From Alkalispirochaeta sp. (GTDB lineage: Bacteria; Spirochaetota; Spirochaetia; DSM-27196; Alkalispirochaetaceae): a DNA stretch of 64,000 nt. Below, in pieces: positions 20,606 to 30,595 of the stretch. How positions within the stretch are numbered: the first letter of the stretch is position 1; each line of letters starts with the position of its first letter. The notes under the pieces are model-generated. The model did no database searches. It was not told the DNA's origin and worked only from the letters and a program-made list of their open reading frames with translations. A program made the position numbers and the translations under genes. The stretch is taken from positions 2,240,001-2,304,000 of the forward strand of contig OZ271854.1 of NCBI GenBank assembly GCA_965601925.1. The letters run 5' to 3'.

Positions 20606-21516
20606 ACGCGCACCCTCGAGTCGATGAGGCCGTAAACGAGATCGAGTACGACGTTGAAGAGAATGATGAAGAGGGCGACGAAGAAGGTCGCCGTGATGAC
20701 GACCGGATAGTCTCTGCCGAACGCGGCTTGCGCCAATAACTGGCCGATACCGGGCCACCCGAATATCGATTCCACCACCACCGATCCGCCGATCACAAAA
20801 CGCATCTGAAGCGACAGTTGCGTCACGACCGGTATCGCCGCGCTGCGCAACACGTGCTTGAAGATCACATTCCCCTCTCCCAGCCCCTTGGAACGGACGA
20901 CCGTCACAAAGGGCTGTGACAGCACCTCTATGGTACTCGTCCGCGTCACTCGCGTAACGCCGGCCACAAGGAAGAGTGCAATCGATAGGGTGGGCAACAC
21001 CAGATGGGCCGCCGTCCCGTACCCCGACGGGGGAAGAACGGGCACCATCACCGCAAAGACGAAGATCAAGATGAGGGCGATCCAAAACACGGGGGTCGAC
21101 TGGCCAACCATGCTGACGAGGATCGCCGCGGTGTCGAGTGCCTTCCCGCGCTTGATCGCCGCCGCCACGCCCAGGGGTATACCGATGAGTGCCGCCGTCG
21201 CCAAAGCGCTAAAAGAGAGCAGGAGCGTCGCCGGGAGGCGCTCGAGTACGACATCCAGCGCCGGTCGGCGTCGTTGTATCGACTCGCCGAAGTCGAGGCG
21301 TGCAATCCGACCCATGAAGCTGAGGTAACGCAGCGCCACGGGACGATCGAGCCCGAAGGAGCGGCGCATCGCCTCTGCTTGTTCTTCCGAGGCGGTGGGA
21401 GGGAGCATCATCCTAATCGGGTCGCCCGACAGATTCAGCACGATGAATACGACCGAAACGACGACGACGATCGCGATCGCCCCTTGTCCCACGCGGGTGA
21501 GCACGAAGCTAACCAT
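20596..21516 (-). CDS. Oligopeptide-type ABC permease (OppB-like)
   Basis: GLDRP, DFGES, RSKGL and VVVESIFGWPGIG. Confidence 0.92.
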   Translation of the reverse strand: MVSFVLTRVGQGAIAIVVVVSVVFIVLNLSGDPIRMMLPPTASEEQAEAMRRSFGLDRPVALRYLSFMGRIARLDFGESIQRRRPALDVVLERLPATLLLSFSALATAALIGIPLGVAAAIKRGKALDTAAILVSMVGQSTPVFWIALILIFVFAVMVPVLPPSGYGTAAHLVLPTLSIALFLVAGVTRVTRTSTIEVLSQPFVTVVRSKGLGEGNVIFKHVLRSAAIPVVTQLSLQMRFVIGGSVVVESIFGWPGIGQLLAQAAFGRDYPVVITATFFVALFIILFNVVLDLVYGLIDSRVRVWA

Positions 21517-23320
21517 CCGTCGATGCCGCCACACACGGGACGATGCGTTCCGCCTCGGTATCAAACAGGCCTCGATCGGAGATGCGATAGTAGGGGGCGA
21601 CCTCCATTCCCAGCCAAAAGAGGAAAAAGATGGGTTGTCGCCACGCCACGCCGTTACCGCGGAGGTACGCTTCGATTTCGCGGATGCGCCCGACGGTCTC
21701 GTCCACCGGTAAGCTCGACATCAATCCGGCCACCGGGAGCGCCAACTCCACGACGACCTCTCCGTCGCGAACCACGACTATACCGCCCTGGAGCGACATG
21801 ACGCGGTTGGCGGCGACGCACAGATCGTCTTTGGTTCTGCCGAGAGCGACGATACCGTGGTGGTCGTGGGCGAGGCTGACCGCCACCGCACCTTCTCGGA
21901 GCCCGTAGTTTCGCAGAAAAGCGCGTCCCACCAGCTCGTCGTAGCGCCGGTTGGCGCACACGACAAAGAAAAGATTTTCCTCCGAACCGTGAAAGGTGAT
22001 CTCCCCCTCTCGTACCGGCACCTCGACGTCGACGAGGGAGGTAAAACGCGTCGTCTCGTCCAGCTCCATCGCCCGGATCGTTACGCTGCGTTCCGCGAAG
22101 CCCTCCGGGAGATAGGTAAGATCGGCCGTGGTAATCGGCGACCGAGTACACGTTGTGAGAATCGCATCCGAATATGACGTTACGGCCGTCGATTCGACCG
22201 ATCCGGCGGAGAATTGCGCCCCGGACGAATAGACCGCCTCGAGGGAGAGAGATTCCAGGGAGTCGAAGACTAAGATATCGGCGAACGCCCCGGGGCGCAG
22301 CGCACCGACGAGCTCGCCCAGACGGTAGTGGTCGGCGACGTTGTAGCTCACCATACGCAATGCGTCGACCGTCGCAACGCCGCGATCGACCGCGGTGCGT
22401 ACTTTGTGGAGCATATAGGTGTCGACGGTCATGTCGCTCACCATGATATCGTCGGTTACCAGACCGATTCTATCGGGCGGCAAGTGTTCTCGTGCGACTA
22501 CCTCGACGAGGGTCTCTACCTCGCGGGCGAGCGTTCCGTTGCGCAGCATGACGAACAACCCTTTGCGAACCTTTTCGGCGACTTCGTCTTGCCGGCGCGG
22601 TTCGTGGTCCGAGCTCACCCCCACGGCGAGGCACGCGTCCAACTCGTCGCCGCGAATAAAAAAGAGATGACCCTCGGGGGTGCGTCTATCGACCGTCGCG
22701 TGGGTGAAGAGGGCGAAGTCGCTCGCCCGTCCGTCTCGTAGCGACTCGACGATCTTGCGGCCGTTGACCTCCGAAAGTCCGACGGTCCGCGCCTCGCCCA
22801 AGAGCTCGAGGGCTTCCACGGGTTCCAACGTGCTGAGGGTCCGTTGTATTTCCGGAAGAAAGGGGAGCCGAATCGGCGTCATGTAGAACGCCTTGACGGG
22901 CGTGGACTCCAGGGCGGCGAGCATCTCTCGGATTCCCGATACTCCCGCAATGGCCCCCACCTCGTGAAAATCGGTCACGACGCTGGTGGCCCCGCAGCGC
23001 AGGGCCGCCTCGGCGAAATGGGGCGGATCAACGAGTGAGCTTTCGGCGTGAATGTGGCCCTCGACAAAGCCCGGCGTGAGGACCTTGCCCGTCACGTCGA
23101 CGACGGTGGAATCGTGGGGACACGGTGCGGACGTGATTTTCGCGATGTAGCGGCCGCTGATCCAGATATCGCCGCGTACGACCTCTCTCGTAAAGACGTT
23201 GAGGTAACTGCCGCCGCCGAGAATCGTATCCGGCGGATCGATGCCGAGCGCTACGCGGCCGAGGTTGCGGCGCTCGGCGTTACTCGGGAAGAGAGAAAGA
23301 CCGCCCGCGGTGCGCAACAC
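21509..23320 (-). CDS. Adenine deaminase-family amidohydrolase (divergent)
   Basis: PGFVEGHIHAESS, SDHE, VTDD and C-terminal LALPVAGLMS; GTG start inferred. Confidence 0.85.
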   Translation of the reverse strand: MLRTAGGLSLFPSNAERRNLGRVALGIDPPDTILGGGSYLNVFTREVVRGDIWISGRYIAKITSAPCPHDSTVVDVTGKVLTPGFVEGHIHAESSLVDPPHFAEAALRCGATSVVTDFHEVGAIAGVSGIREMLAALESTPVKAFYMTPIRLPFLPEIQRTLSTLEPVEALELLGEARTVGLSEVNGRKIVESLRDGRASDFALFTHATVDRRTPEGHLFFIRGDELDACLAVGVSSDHEPRRQDEVAEKVRKGLFVMLRNGTLAREVETLVEVVAREHLPPDRIGLVTDDIMVSDMTVDTYMLHKVRTAVDRGVATVDALRMVSYNVADHYRLGELVGALRPGAFADILVFDSLESLSLEAVYSSGAQFSAGSVESTAVTSYSDAILTTCTRSPITTADLTYLPEGFAERSVTIRAMELDETTRFTSLVDVEVPVREGEITFHGSEENLFFVVCANRRYDELVGRAFLRNYGLREGAVAVSLAHDHHGIVALGRTKDDLCVAANRVMSLQGGIVVVRDGEVVVELALPVAGLMSSLPVDETVGRIREIEAYLRGNGVAWRQPIFFLFWLGMEVAPYYRISDRGLFDTEAERIVPCVAASTDG

Positions 23321-23331
23321 GACGGGCCGCC

Positions 23332-24867
23332 TTACCGGAGCTCGGCGTCGTACATGAGTAGAAACTCGTCCGATCGCGGCTCCCAATCGAGGCGTCGACT
23401 CATACCGAAGAGCACCGGCTGCTTGTAGAGAAAGATCGCCGGCGCCGCCTCATGAATCAGCGGTACCGCCTCGTGGTAGAGCTCCAGACGCACGCCTTGA
23501 TCGGTCGTGGAGCGCGCCTCTTCCAGGAGGCGATCGATCTCGGGATCTTCGATCGTACGCAACAGGCTGCCGCTGCGAGTCACGAAGTCGAAGATAAACG
23601 ACGGATCGAACACCGGATTTCCCCACCCGACCAAGTACATCGGAGAGGTTTGCTTGGAGAAGAGCGCCGAGTTGAACGCACCGAACTCGAGGGTGTTTAC
23701 CTCGACGGTGACGCCCACCGCGCCGAGATACCCCTGAATCGCCTGCACCACGTTAGCGTCATTGATATAGCGCCCGTTGGCGGTATCGATGCGGATTGTG
23801 AACCCGTCGGCGTATCCGGCCTGGCGTAGGAGCGTGCGTGCGCGGTCCGGATCGTAGGGATACGGTTGTACGCTCTCGGTATAGCCGAAATCCTGCGCGG
23901 TAAGCAGTGTCGTCGTCGCCTCCGCCGAACCGAACAATAGACTCCCTATGATCGCATCCTTGTCGACCGCATAGTTTAGAGCCTGACGTACGCGCACGTC
24001 CGTGAGGGGCGACTCTTGCACCGTGTCCAGGCCGACGAAGATGACCCGCGTTCCCACCGCCGACTCGAATCGCGTGTTGCGGTTGGCGTTGACTTGATTA
24101 CGCGCCGTGATCGGCGGATCCACGATGAGATCGGCGTCGCCGCTCAAAAGGGTCGCCACCCTGCTCGTCGCGGAGTTGACGAAGCGAAACTCGACCGCCT
24201 CGACCTCGGCCGGTGCGCGCCAGTAGGTTTCATTGCGTTCGAGGACGATGCGGTTGCCGCGGTCCCAGCGCACGAAGCGGTACGGGCCTGTGCCGACCGG
24301 CCGGTCGGTGAAAGAGCGCGCGCCAACCTCTTCGCGATACCCCGGCGGTACGATCTGCAGCTCGGTGAAGTAGTGCTCTGCGAGGGCGAACTCCTCGTTC
24401 GCCACGATTCGCACCGTGAGATCATCGATCACCTGGACCTCTTCTACCCAGTCGAGGTCCGCCGCGCGCGTCGAGTTGGTCTCTGGGTCCAAGATCGCTT
24501 GAATCGTATAGCGCACCGCCTCTGCGGTGAGCGGCTCTCCGTTGTGAAAGCGGACTCCCCGCCGGAGATGAAAGATCCACGCCGCCTCGCCATCGCGCTC
24601 GAACCGCTCGGCGAGGGCGGGAGCATTGCGTCCGTCGCGGGTCTTTTGGAGGAGAGAGTCGAAGAGGTTGATCGTCACGTTGTACGTCGGGCCCTCGCGG
24701 TGGACGACCGGGTCGAGTCCCGGGGGTTCTGCGGCTTGCACTATGACAAGGGGATCTTCCGCGCTTCCCGCGTTCTGCGCCGCCACGTTCGCGTTGGTGA
24801 AGATAAGAATAACAGAAACGGTAAGAAGCAGGACGAGTCGGCGCGCGGTGGGCGATGCTGTATGCAT
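23332..24867 (-). CDS. ABC transporter family-5 substrate-binding protein
   Basis: Signal peptide; LDP, FHNGEPLTA, PVGTGPY and VRQALNYAVD. Confidence 0.92.
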   Translation of the reverse strand: MHTASPTARRLVLLLTVSVILIFTNANVAAQNAGSAEDPLVIVQAAEPPGLDPVVHREGPTYNVTINLFDSLLQKTRDGRNAPALAERFERDGEAAWIFHLRRGVRFHNGEPLTAEAVRYTIQAILDPETNSTRAADLDWVEEVQVIDDLTVRIVANEEFALAEHYFTELQIVPPGYREEVGARSFTDRPVGTGPYRFVRWDRGNRIVLERNETYWRAPAEVEAVEFRFVNSATSRVATLLSGDADLIVDPPITARNQVNANRNTRFESAVGTRVIFVGLDTVQESPLTDVRVRQALNYAVDKDAIIGSLLFGSAEATTTLLTAQDFGYTESVQPYPYDPDRARTLLRQAGYADGFTIRIDTANGRYINDANVVQAIQGYLGAVGVTVEVNTLEFGAFNSALFSKQTSPMYLVGWGNPVFDPSFIFDFVTRSGSLLRTIEDPEIDRLLEEARSTTDQGVRLELYHEAVPLIHEAAPAIFLYKQPVLFGMSRRLDWEPRSDEFLLMYDAELR

Positions 24868-24910
24868 TGTCTTCCCCTTTTTTGTATAAATATTCACTAT
24901 AACGCTTGGC

Positions 24911-24940
24911 AACATACTGATAGACTCAACACTCTGTCAA
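24911..24940 (-). promoter_or_regulatory. Sigma70-type promoter for the ABC/nucleoside operon
   Basis: TTGACA-18 bp-TATGTT on the minus strand; overlaps imperfect dyad TGATAGA-N8-TCTGTCA. Confidence 0.5.
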
Positions 24941-24959
24941 TGCAAAGGAGTATCATACC

Positions 24960-25676
24960 ATGGGTGTTCACATTTCAGCGGAGCGCGGCGCGATCGCGTC
25001 GCGTGTTTTGCTCCCCGGAGATCCGTTGCGCGCCAAGCATATCGCTGAGACCTTCTTCTCCGACGCGGTCTGTTATAATACCGTGCGTGGGATGCTCGGT
25101 TTTACCGGCACGTACAGAGGGGAGCGCGTCTCCGTGCAAAGTACCGGTATGGGTATCCCTTCCATCTCCATTTACGCTCACGAGCTCATGGCGGAGTACG
25201 GCGTTCGGACCCTTGTTCGTGTGGGGACGTGCGGAGCCCTGAGGAAAGACATGAATTTGCGCGACGTGGTCATCGCGATGAGCGCGTGCACCGACTCGGC
25301 GACGAACAGATTGCGATTCGGAGGGTGTGACTACGCCGCAACCGCCGACGCGGCGCTCTTCGTCTCCGCCGTCGAGGCGGCGCGACGGCGCGGAATCGCA
25401 GTACACTGCGGCCCGGTGCTCACTTCCGATACCTTCTATTCACAGGATACCGACGGTCGTCGCCTCTGGCGCGAGTACGGAGTTCTCGCCGTCGAGATGG
25501 AGACCAACGCGCTGTATACCCTCGCCGCGGGCTTCGGGTGTCGCGCACTCTCGATACTCACCGTGAGCGACAGCGTCGTCACCAAAGAGCAAACCACCAG
25601 CGCAGAGCGCGAGACAAGCTTTGACGCTATGGTAGAGCTCGCCCTGGAGACGATGCCGGCGGAGGACGGCGAATAG
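24960..25676 (+). CDS. deoD: Purine nucleoside phosphorylase, DeoD type
   Basis: [17 protein letters not shown] and AVEME; AAGGAG RBS. Confidence 0.96.
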   Translation: MGVHISAERGAIASRVLLPGDPLRAKHIAETFFSDAVCYNTVRGMLGFTGTYRGERVSVQSTGMGIPSISIYAHELMAEYGVRTLVRVGTCGALRKDMNLRDVVIAMSACTDSATNRLRFGGCDYAATADAALFVSAVEAARRRGIAVHCGPVLTSDTFYSQDTDGRRLWREYGVLAVEMETNALYTLAAGFGCRALSILTVSDSVVTKEQTTSAERETSFDAMVELALETMPAEDGE

Positions 25677-25841
25677 TCGGTCTCACGGTTCCGCCGTCGT
25701 CTCCATAAACTCGCCGCCGGAGAGGTTAACCGGTTCCGAAACGCGTGTTCTCGGTCCATCCTTCCGTTTCACTGCGAGCATTGCCGGTTAGGAGCTGGGT
25801 GCCGTGTGCAGAGAGAACTCTATGACCGCTTTGCGAAATCG

Positions 25842-26654
25842 TCACCGCGATCCGCGTAACGTCGCCATTACCGCTTCCCAGTCGAGGTCCAACGGCTCCG
25901 TGACGATCGGATGGTCGCGGGCGAAGTCTTTGGCACTTTGGATACGCTCGTCTATGGCCGGATGCGTATCGAGGTAGGACAACACTCCTTCGAGCTCCGG
26001 TCCGCTCCGCTCTTTAAGGGCGAGCAACGCGTCGGCCAAGGCGTGCGGGTCGACGCGAGCGGCGAGGAGCGCCTCTAAGGCGAATGCGTCGGCGCGCTCC
26101 TCCAGGGCGCGAGAGAACGAACGCGTAACGACGTCTCCCACGACGCGCTCCAAGACGCCGCCGGCTTCCGGCCCTCCTACCAGCGCCAAGAGGGCGCGAA
26201 TGCCGATCTCGCGGATGAGATGGTTCATGGCGTCGTCCTCCACCACGTGGCCCAACTCGTGGGCCAAAACGGCCATGACCTGTTCCGGCGTCTCCAGCAC
26301 GCGAAAGAGCTCGTCGTAGAGTACGATCAGATCGCCGGGGAAGGCAAAGGCGTTCGCCGTAAATGACTCGACGACCAAGACCGTCGTCTCGTTCGGCACG
26401 GGAATACCCGCCGAAGAGAAGCGTTGGAGCATCGTCTCGATTGCCGCTTCCGCTCCCACCAAAGTCTGATCCTCGAACGCGGTGAGCACGTGCTCTCGTA
26501 TCGCCTCCTCGGCGCGGCGACGCAGTTCTGACTCCTCGCGCTGTTCGCGGCGCTCTTCGACTACGCGTACCATACCCCACGCCGCGGCGAAGATCGCCGC
26601 GCCCACCAGAAGCAGGACCGAGAGGTCGCGAATCCACGGGAATGCGCGCGTCAC
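25842..26654 (-). CDS. M48-family metallopeptidase, membrane anchored
   Basis: NAFAFPG, HELGH, EERAD and THP..ERI. Confidence 0.9.
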   Translation of the reverse strand: MTRAFPWIRDLSVLLLVGAAIFAAAWGMVRVVEERREQREESELRRRAEEAIREHVLTAFEDQTLVGAEAAIETMLQRFSSAGIPVPNETTVLVVESFTANAFAFPGDLIVLYDELFRVLETPEQVMAVLAHELGHVVEDDAMNHLIREIGIRALLALVGGPEAGGVLERVVGDVVTRSFSRALEERADAFALEALLAARVDPHALADALLALKERSGPELEGVLSYLDTHPAIDERIQSAKDFARDHPIVTEPLDLDWEAVMATLRGSR

Positions 26655-27142
26655 AGTCCCTCCGGCGGCGCGTTCGTACCTGCGGGTTTCGGCGTCGTTC
26701 GACGTATGTAGTGCTTCACGAAGGCGACGCGACCGAAGACCGGCATGTAGTAAAAGAGTCCCTTACGCGCCCTGACCATAGCGACAATGGAAAAGGAGAT
26801 GTACACGATGTTTGCGAGGCCCATCGCCGCCAAGAGCACAAAGAATGGAGTCGGAAATACGAGGTCGGTCACTACGATGCGAACGAGCCATATCACGACC
26901 GCCAAGTTGAATAGCGTGACCGGTATCTGCGAAAGGAGCGACTGGAGGGCGTGAAAGCCGACGAAGTCCGACGTCTTGCGATTGAGAAAGTAGTAGATGA
27001 GCGCCGCCACCAAGTTGAGTACCGGCAGCGGCAACCCGACGCCGAGAGCCGCGAACATCATCAGGTAGGCGCCCATTGCGTCGTCTTTCTCCTTGCGAGT
27101 CAACTCGTCCGGTTGCGGTAACACGATCTGAGATGTGTTCAT
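26651..27142 (-). CDS. DUF4870-like membrane protein
   Basis: Three hydrophobic segments; FVGFHALQSL motif. Confidence 0.75.
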   Translation of the reverse strand: MNTSQIVLPQPDELTRKEKDDAMGAYLMMFAALGVGLPLPVLNLVAALIYYFLNRKTSDFVGFHALQSLLSQIPVTLFNLAVVIWLVRIVVTDLVFPTPFFVLLAAMGLANIVYISFSIVAMVRARKGLFYYMPVFGRVAFVKHYIRRTTPKPAGTNAPPEGL

Positions 27143-27156
27143 GGATTCAGTATAGC

Positions 27157-27182
27157 AAAAGGGGCGCCCGGAAGGACGCCCC
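27157..27182 (-). terminator. Intrinsic terminator after the DUF4389-like gene
   Basis: Minus strand reads GGGGCGtccttccgggCGCCCC followed by TTTT. Confidence 0.75.
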
Positions 27183-27199
27183 GTATCGCCTCGGAGCGA

Positions 27200-27784
27200 C
27201 TACTCCGCCGCCGAGAATGACGGATACTCGTCGGTATAGTAGCCCATGTAGAGGTTTACGCGCAGCGACCAGCGCATCGTGCCGACCATAAACGTATGCC
27301 ACGACACGGGGTACTTGCCGGTGAACAGGACCACCCACCATGCAAGTGCGCTGAGAATCCCACCCCAGATTTGGCGAAAGAAGAGCACGAAGGCGTGCGG
27401 AATCAATACGTAGAACGGACCGAACAACGCTCGTACGATCACGAGTCCTCGATTGACACTCTCCGGATTCTCGAACTCGACCCGCGCATTATCGGCGCGC
27501 GCTTTGATTCCGAACTGGGGGTATCCGTCAACGAGGTTGGTGATGCTCGCGTTGAGCCGAGCACCCCAGTTGATGAGGCCGAGCTGAAAGTCGAATATGT
27601 TCTGCGGGATCTTCCCAGTGAAAAGAACCACCCAAAACTTGACGAAGGTAAGAACGGCGTCCCAAAAGCTGACGAACAGCAAGACGAGCGCGTGCGGTAA
27701 GACGATGTAAAATGCGCCCAGGAACGTCCTCAGCAGCAGCTCACCCCGTGAGTAACCTTCCTGGTGTTCAATAATGAGTTTCAT
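27200..27784 (-). CDS. DUF4389-like membrane protein with internal two-fold repeat
   Basis: Repeated PHA.VL.F...WVVLFTGK.P...YP.F unit. Confidence 0.85.
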   Translation of the reverse strand: MKLIIEHQEGYSRGELLLRTFLGAFYIVLPHALVLLFVSFWDAVLTFVKFWVVLFTGKIPQNIFDFQLGLINWGARLNASITNLVDGYPQFGIKARADNARVEFENPESVNRGLVIVRALFGPFYVLIPHAFVLFFRQIWGGILSALAWWVVLFTGKYPVSWHTFMVGTMRWSLRVNLYMGYYTDEYPSFSAAE

Positions 27785-27957
27785 AAGCCCCCTAACTCCG
27801 AAAATGGTTTGTTTGACCCGTCTCAACGACCGGTCTCACTTTGAATATAGTTCATCATTTTCATGAGTACCAACCTCATCAATTGGTATGGAGGAAAAAG
27901 TACTCGCTTGACCCGCGACGGAATGCGTCGGCGTCCGCATTACGTGTATTAGAATCG

Positions 27958-28989
27958 TCACGCGCGTTCTCGGTGCTCGCGGCGGTACCATTCCGCGGTA
28001 CGACGCAGACCCTCTGCGAGAGAAATCGAAGGATCGTACCCGAGCTCGCGCCTGGCCTTCGTTATATCGAGGGTTTGATGGTAGCGAAGCAACCCGACCG
28101 CATAGCGCGTAAGCAGCGGCTCGCCCGTAATCCACCGCATACGATGCACCGATTCGAGAGTCACCGTGGCGGCAACACCGATGCCGTAAGGCACGTGTAT
28201 GATGCGATGAGGCTCGCCGATATCGCGAAGAAGGTTCGATACCGCCTCCTGCAGGCAGCCCGGCTCGCCGTTGGTGACGTTGTACACCGGCGAGCGTGTG
28301 CGAATCGGGTTTCTTAGCGCGCCGGCAATGACCTCGCACACATTATCGATATAGGTGAGGTCGGCCAGTATGCAGTCGCGTCGAAAAAAGGGCACACCAC
28401 CCAGTTTTCGTGAAACTCGTACCAAGCGGGGCAGGAGTGTCGTGTCGCCGGGCCCGAACATCGCTCGCGGCCGGAGGATACATCCGTGGCCGGACTCCCT
28501 GAGGCGCGAAAGAACCAGATCTTCCGCCATGCCCTTCGTAGCGGCGTAGGGATCGACGATGGTGCCCGCGGCCCACGACGCCGTCGGTGGCACTTCGCCC
28601 ACATTCAGCTGATCTCGAAATTGGAAGCTCACGCTCGGTGTGCTGATGTGAATGAAGACGGGGCGCCCGTTCGATCCGCTCCGTTTACCGAAGAGATGAT
28701 CCAGAAGGTTGCGCGTGGTTGTGTAGTTGGCTCGATAGTGGCTATCCCAGCTACCCCATGAGCTGGAGAGCGCCGCGGTATGGACCACGCCCTCGATGTC
28801 CGACGGCACGGCGTCCCAACCCGACTCCTGCGCCAGATCGAGGGGTACAAAGGGAATGCCGTGCGCTTCCAGCGACCGACCGACGGCACGATTGCGTCCC
28901 GTAGCTACCACGTCGAACTGCGAGTCCTTTAGAAATGTACAGAGGCGACCACCGAGAAAACCGGTAGCGCCGGTTATCAGAATCTTCAT
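27958..28989 (-). CDS. NAD-dependent epimerase/3-beta-HSD-like extended SDR
   Basis: ITGATGFLG, HTAA, YAATK and LRPRAMFGPGD. Confidence 0.9.
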   Translation of the reverse strand: MKILITGATGFLGGRLCTFLKDSQFDVVATGRNRAVGRSLEAHGIPFVPLDLAQESGWDAVPSDIEGVVHTAALSSSWGSWDSHYRANYTTTRNLLDHLFGKRSGSNGRPVFIHISTPSVSFQFRDQLNVGEVPPTASWAAGTIVDPYAATKGMAEDLVLSRLRESGHGCILRPRAMFGPGDTTLLPRLVRVSRKLGGVPFFRRDCILADLTYIDNVCEVIAGALRNPIRTRSPVYNVTNGEPGCLQEAVSNLLRDIGEPHRIIHVPYGIGVAATVTLESVHRMRWITGEPLLTRYAVGLLRYHQTLDITKARRELGYDPSISLAEGLRRTAEWYRREHRERA

Positions 28990-29074
28990 GAAGTGTGTTA
29001 TTCCGGCATTATTGGACGTGTTTTATAATAATAGCAAAAGATGATGTAAATAGTAAGCTCATCCACGTTGTTTG

Positions 29075-29116
29075 ATGAGTTACACCATGTCATTCATATT
29101 AGTTACACGACGTAAT
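29075..29116. promoter_or_regulatory. Tandem imperfect palindromes, possible repressor operators
   Basis: ATGAGTTACA-CCA-TGTCATTCAT, then a related ATTAGTTACACGACGTAAT 23 bp later. Confidence 0.45.
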
Positions 29117-29142
29117 GTAGAAAGGAGTGTGGGTCGGCGGAT

Positions 29143-29193
29143 ATGAACGGCACACACCCGGTAGTCCTCGTAGCGGGAGCCTCGTCGGGTATG
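29143..29193 (+). pseudogene. 5' remnant of a short-chain dehydrogenase
   Basis: MNGTHPVVLVAGASSGM matches the SDR Rossmann start, then similarity is lost. Confidence 0.5.
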
Positions 29194-29293
29194 CGTGCAT
29201 CCGCACGACCGCATGCGGCGAGATCCGCGGCTGTGCGACGCCTACCGCACCGGCGGTATGCGCAAGCATCCCTGCGCATCTATATTGAGGGGT

Positions 29294-30133
29294 ATGTCAC
29301 ACGCAACGGGGAACCAACGCAACGTGCTTGCTCACTGTATCGGTCGGGAGCAACTCGGCGTCGTTGCCGCTTGGACGCAGGACGGTGCGCGTCTCGGCGT
29401 GGCGCGCGTGGAAGTGGGTGCGGACAACACGCTCCAACTGTTTGTAGAGGACTGTCTCGACTTGGAGGAGGGACGGGCCGTCACGATTCACTTGGACAAT
29501 CGCACGGGCGTTGAGGAGTACGACACCGATCTGAAAGTCTACCGCAGCAGCTACAAAGGGCGCATCTCTCGCGTGTCGTCGGGGCGTATAGCGGTAGAGC
29601 CCGAGCACTTCGAGCTCATCTACGGCGTCAAACCGGTTGCGGCGTGGTCGACCCCCGGCTACGAACATCCGCCACTACCGCGACTCGCCGATGCGATGCT
29701 CCCCGGCGATCCGGTTCCGCCGTTTGATGCGGCGCCGGAGGACGCATACAACAGCGTCGGCGTATTGGTCACCTCGGCTCCGGTGCGCCCCCACACGACT
29801 TTAATGGCCTTTCACGCTATGACCGAGGAGCGCATTTTCCTCGTGACGTGGCGTAGTTCGCTGAAGTATCGTCTGTTGCAGCGCGACGCCCGCTGTTGGT
29901 TTGCCATCGACAACCGTAACACGTTCACCTTCGAGAAGCATCCCAAGTTCAACTACACGATCATCGAGACGCACGCCCGCGTTGTCGCCGACGATCATCC
30001 GCGTCACGATGACGTCGTGCAACGGTTTCTGGAAAAGAACCCTTTCGAACAGGGGTTTTTCCTCCATCCGGAAGCGGTGCTCCTCTATCTTGAACCGGTG
30101 AAGGTCGTGCATCCAACGCTGCGCCCGGCGTAG
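29294..30133 (+). CDS. Pyridoxamine 5'-phosphate oxidase-like split-barrel protein
   Basis: GAGGGG upstream; C-terminal PHTTLMAF...IFLVT...SLKYRLL.RD.RC.FAID pattern. Confidence 0.65.
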   Translation: MSHATGNQRNVLAHCIGREQLGVVAAWTQDGARLGVARVEVGADNTLQLFVEDCLDLEEGRAVTIHLDNRTGVEEYDTDLKVYRSSYKGRISRVSSGRIAVEPEHFELIYGVKPVAAWSTPGYEHPPLPRLADAMLPGDPVPPFDAAPEDAYNSVGVLVTSAPVRPHTTLMAFHAMTEERIFLVTWRSSLKYRLLQRDARCWFAIDNRNTFTFEKHPKFNYTIIETHARVVADDHPRHDDVVQRFLEKNPFEQGFFLHPEAVLLYLEPVKVVHPTLRPA

Positions 30134-30145
30134 CCGCCGACGCGA

Positions 30146-30442
30146 CGACCACGGCCCACCGAACTTCTCGTCGATCAACAGCGATAGCGCCCCGTCGGAT
30201 ACTCCGGCGATCGAGTATTCGCGGTATTCCTCCGGCGAGACCGCGAGTTTCACGTATTGGCCGGGGCGGAACGACGGCTCGAGGTCGTTCGTGAGTTCGA
30301 TACGGGAGATGGAATCGCTAAGGCGCTTCGTCGAACGGAGTATCGCGTGGAAGCGTCCCCCATCGACACGCTGCGGGAAGGGGACGAGATGGGAACGCTG
30401 CGTCTCTCTCGAGCGCCGCTGCTTTTTGAGTTCTCGTTTCAT
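30146..30442 (-). pseudogene. Truncated ferredoxin-reductase-type FAD-binding domain
   Basis: FRPGQYV, REYSIA and GGP.S motifs; no NAD-binding domain; frame runs antisense into the convergent gene. Confidence 0.7.
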
Positions 30443-30555
30443 TTTGCGAAAAGAGGCGCCGGCGGACCACGCGGCGACGCAGATGCTCGATACCGTGCCT
30501 GCGAATCGTGACCGCTCCGGGGATACCGCTTGATGCGATTCGTTCAATATTATAT

Positions 30556-30571
30556 ATGAACATATGTTCAT
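30556..30571. promoter_or_regulatory. SmtB/CzrA-type operator
   Basis: Perfect 16-bp palindrome ATGAACATATGTTCAT just upstream of the ArsR/SmtB gene. Confidence 0.85.
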
Positions 30572-30595
30572 TTGTTCAGGTTTAGGAAGACCGCT

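Noticed and set aside
20606..21085. Long 5' extension of the OppC-like ORF
   Set aside because: Overlaps the OppB-like gene in another frame.
24016..25242. 408-aa plus-strand ORF
   Set aside because: Shadow of the binding-protein gene that runs out of frame through deoD.
29143..29514. Intact 123-aa gene
   Set aside because: Only the first 17 residues look protein-like; the rest is low-complexity and overlaps a better gene.
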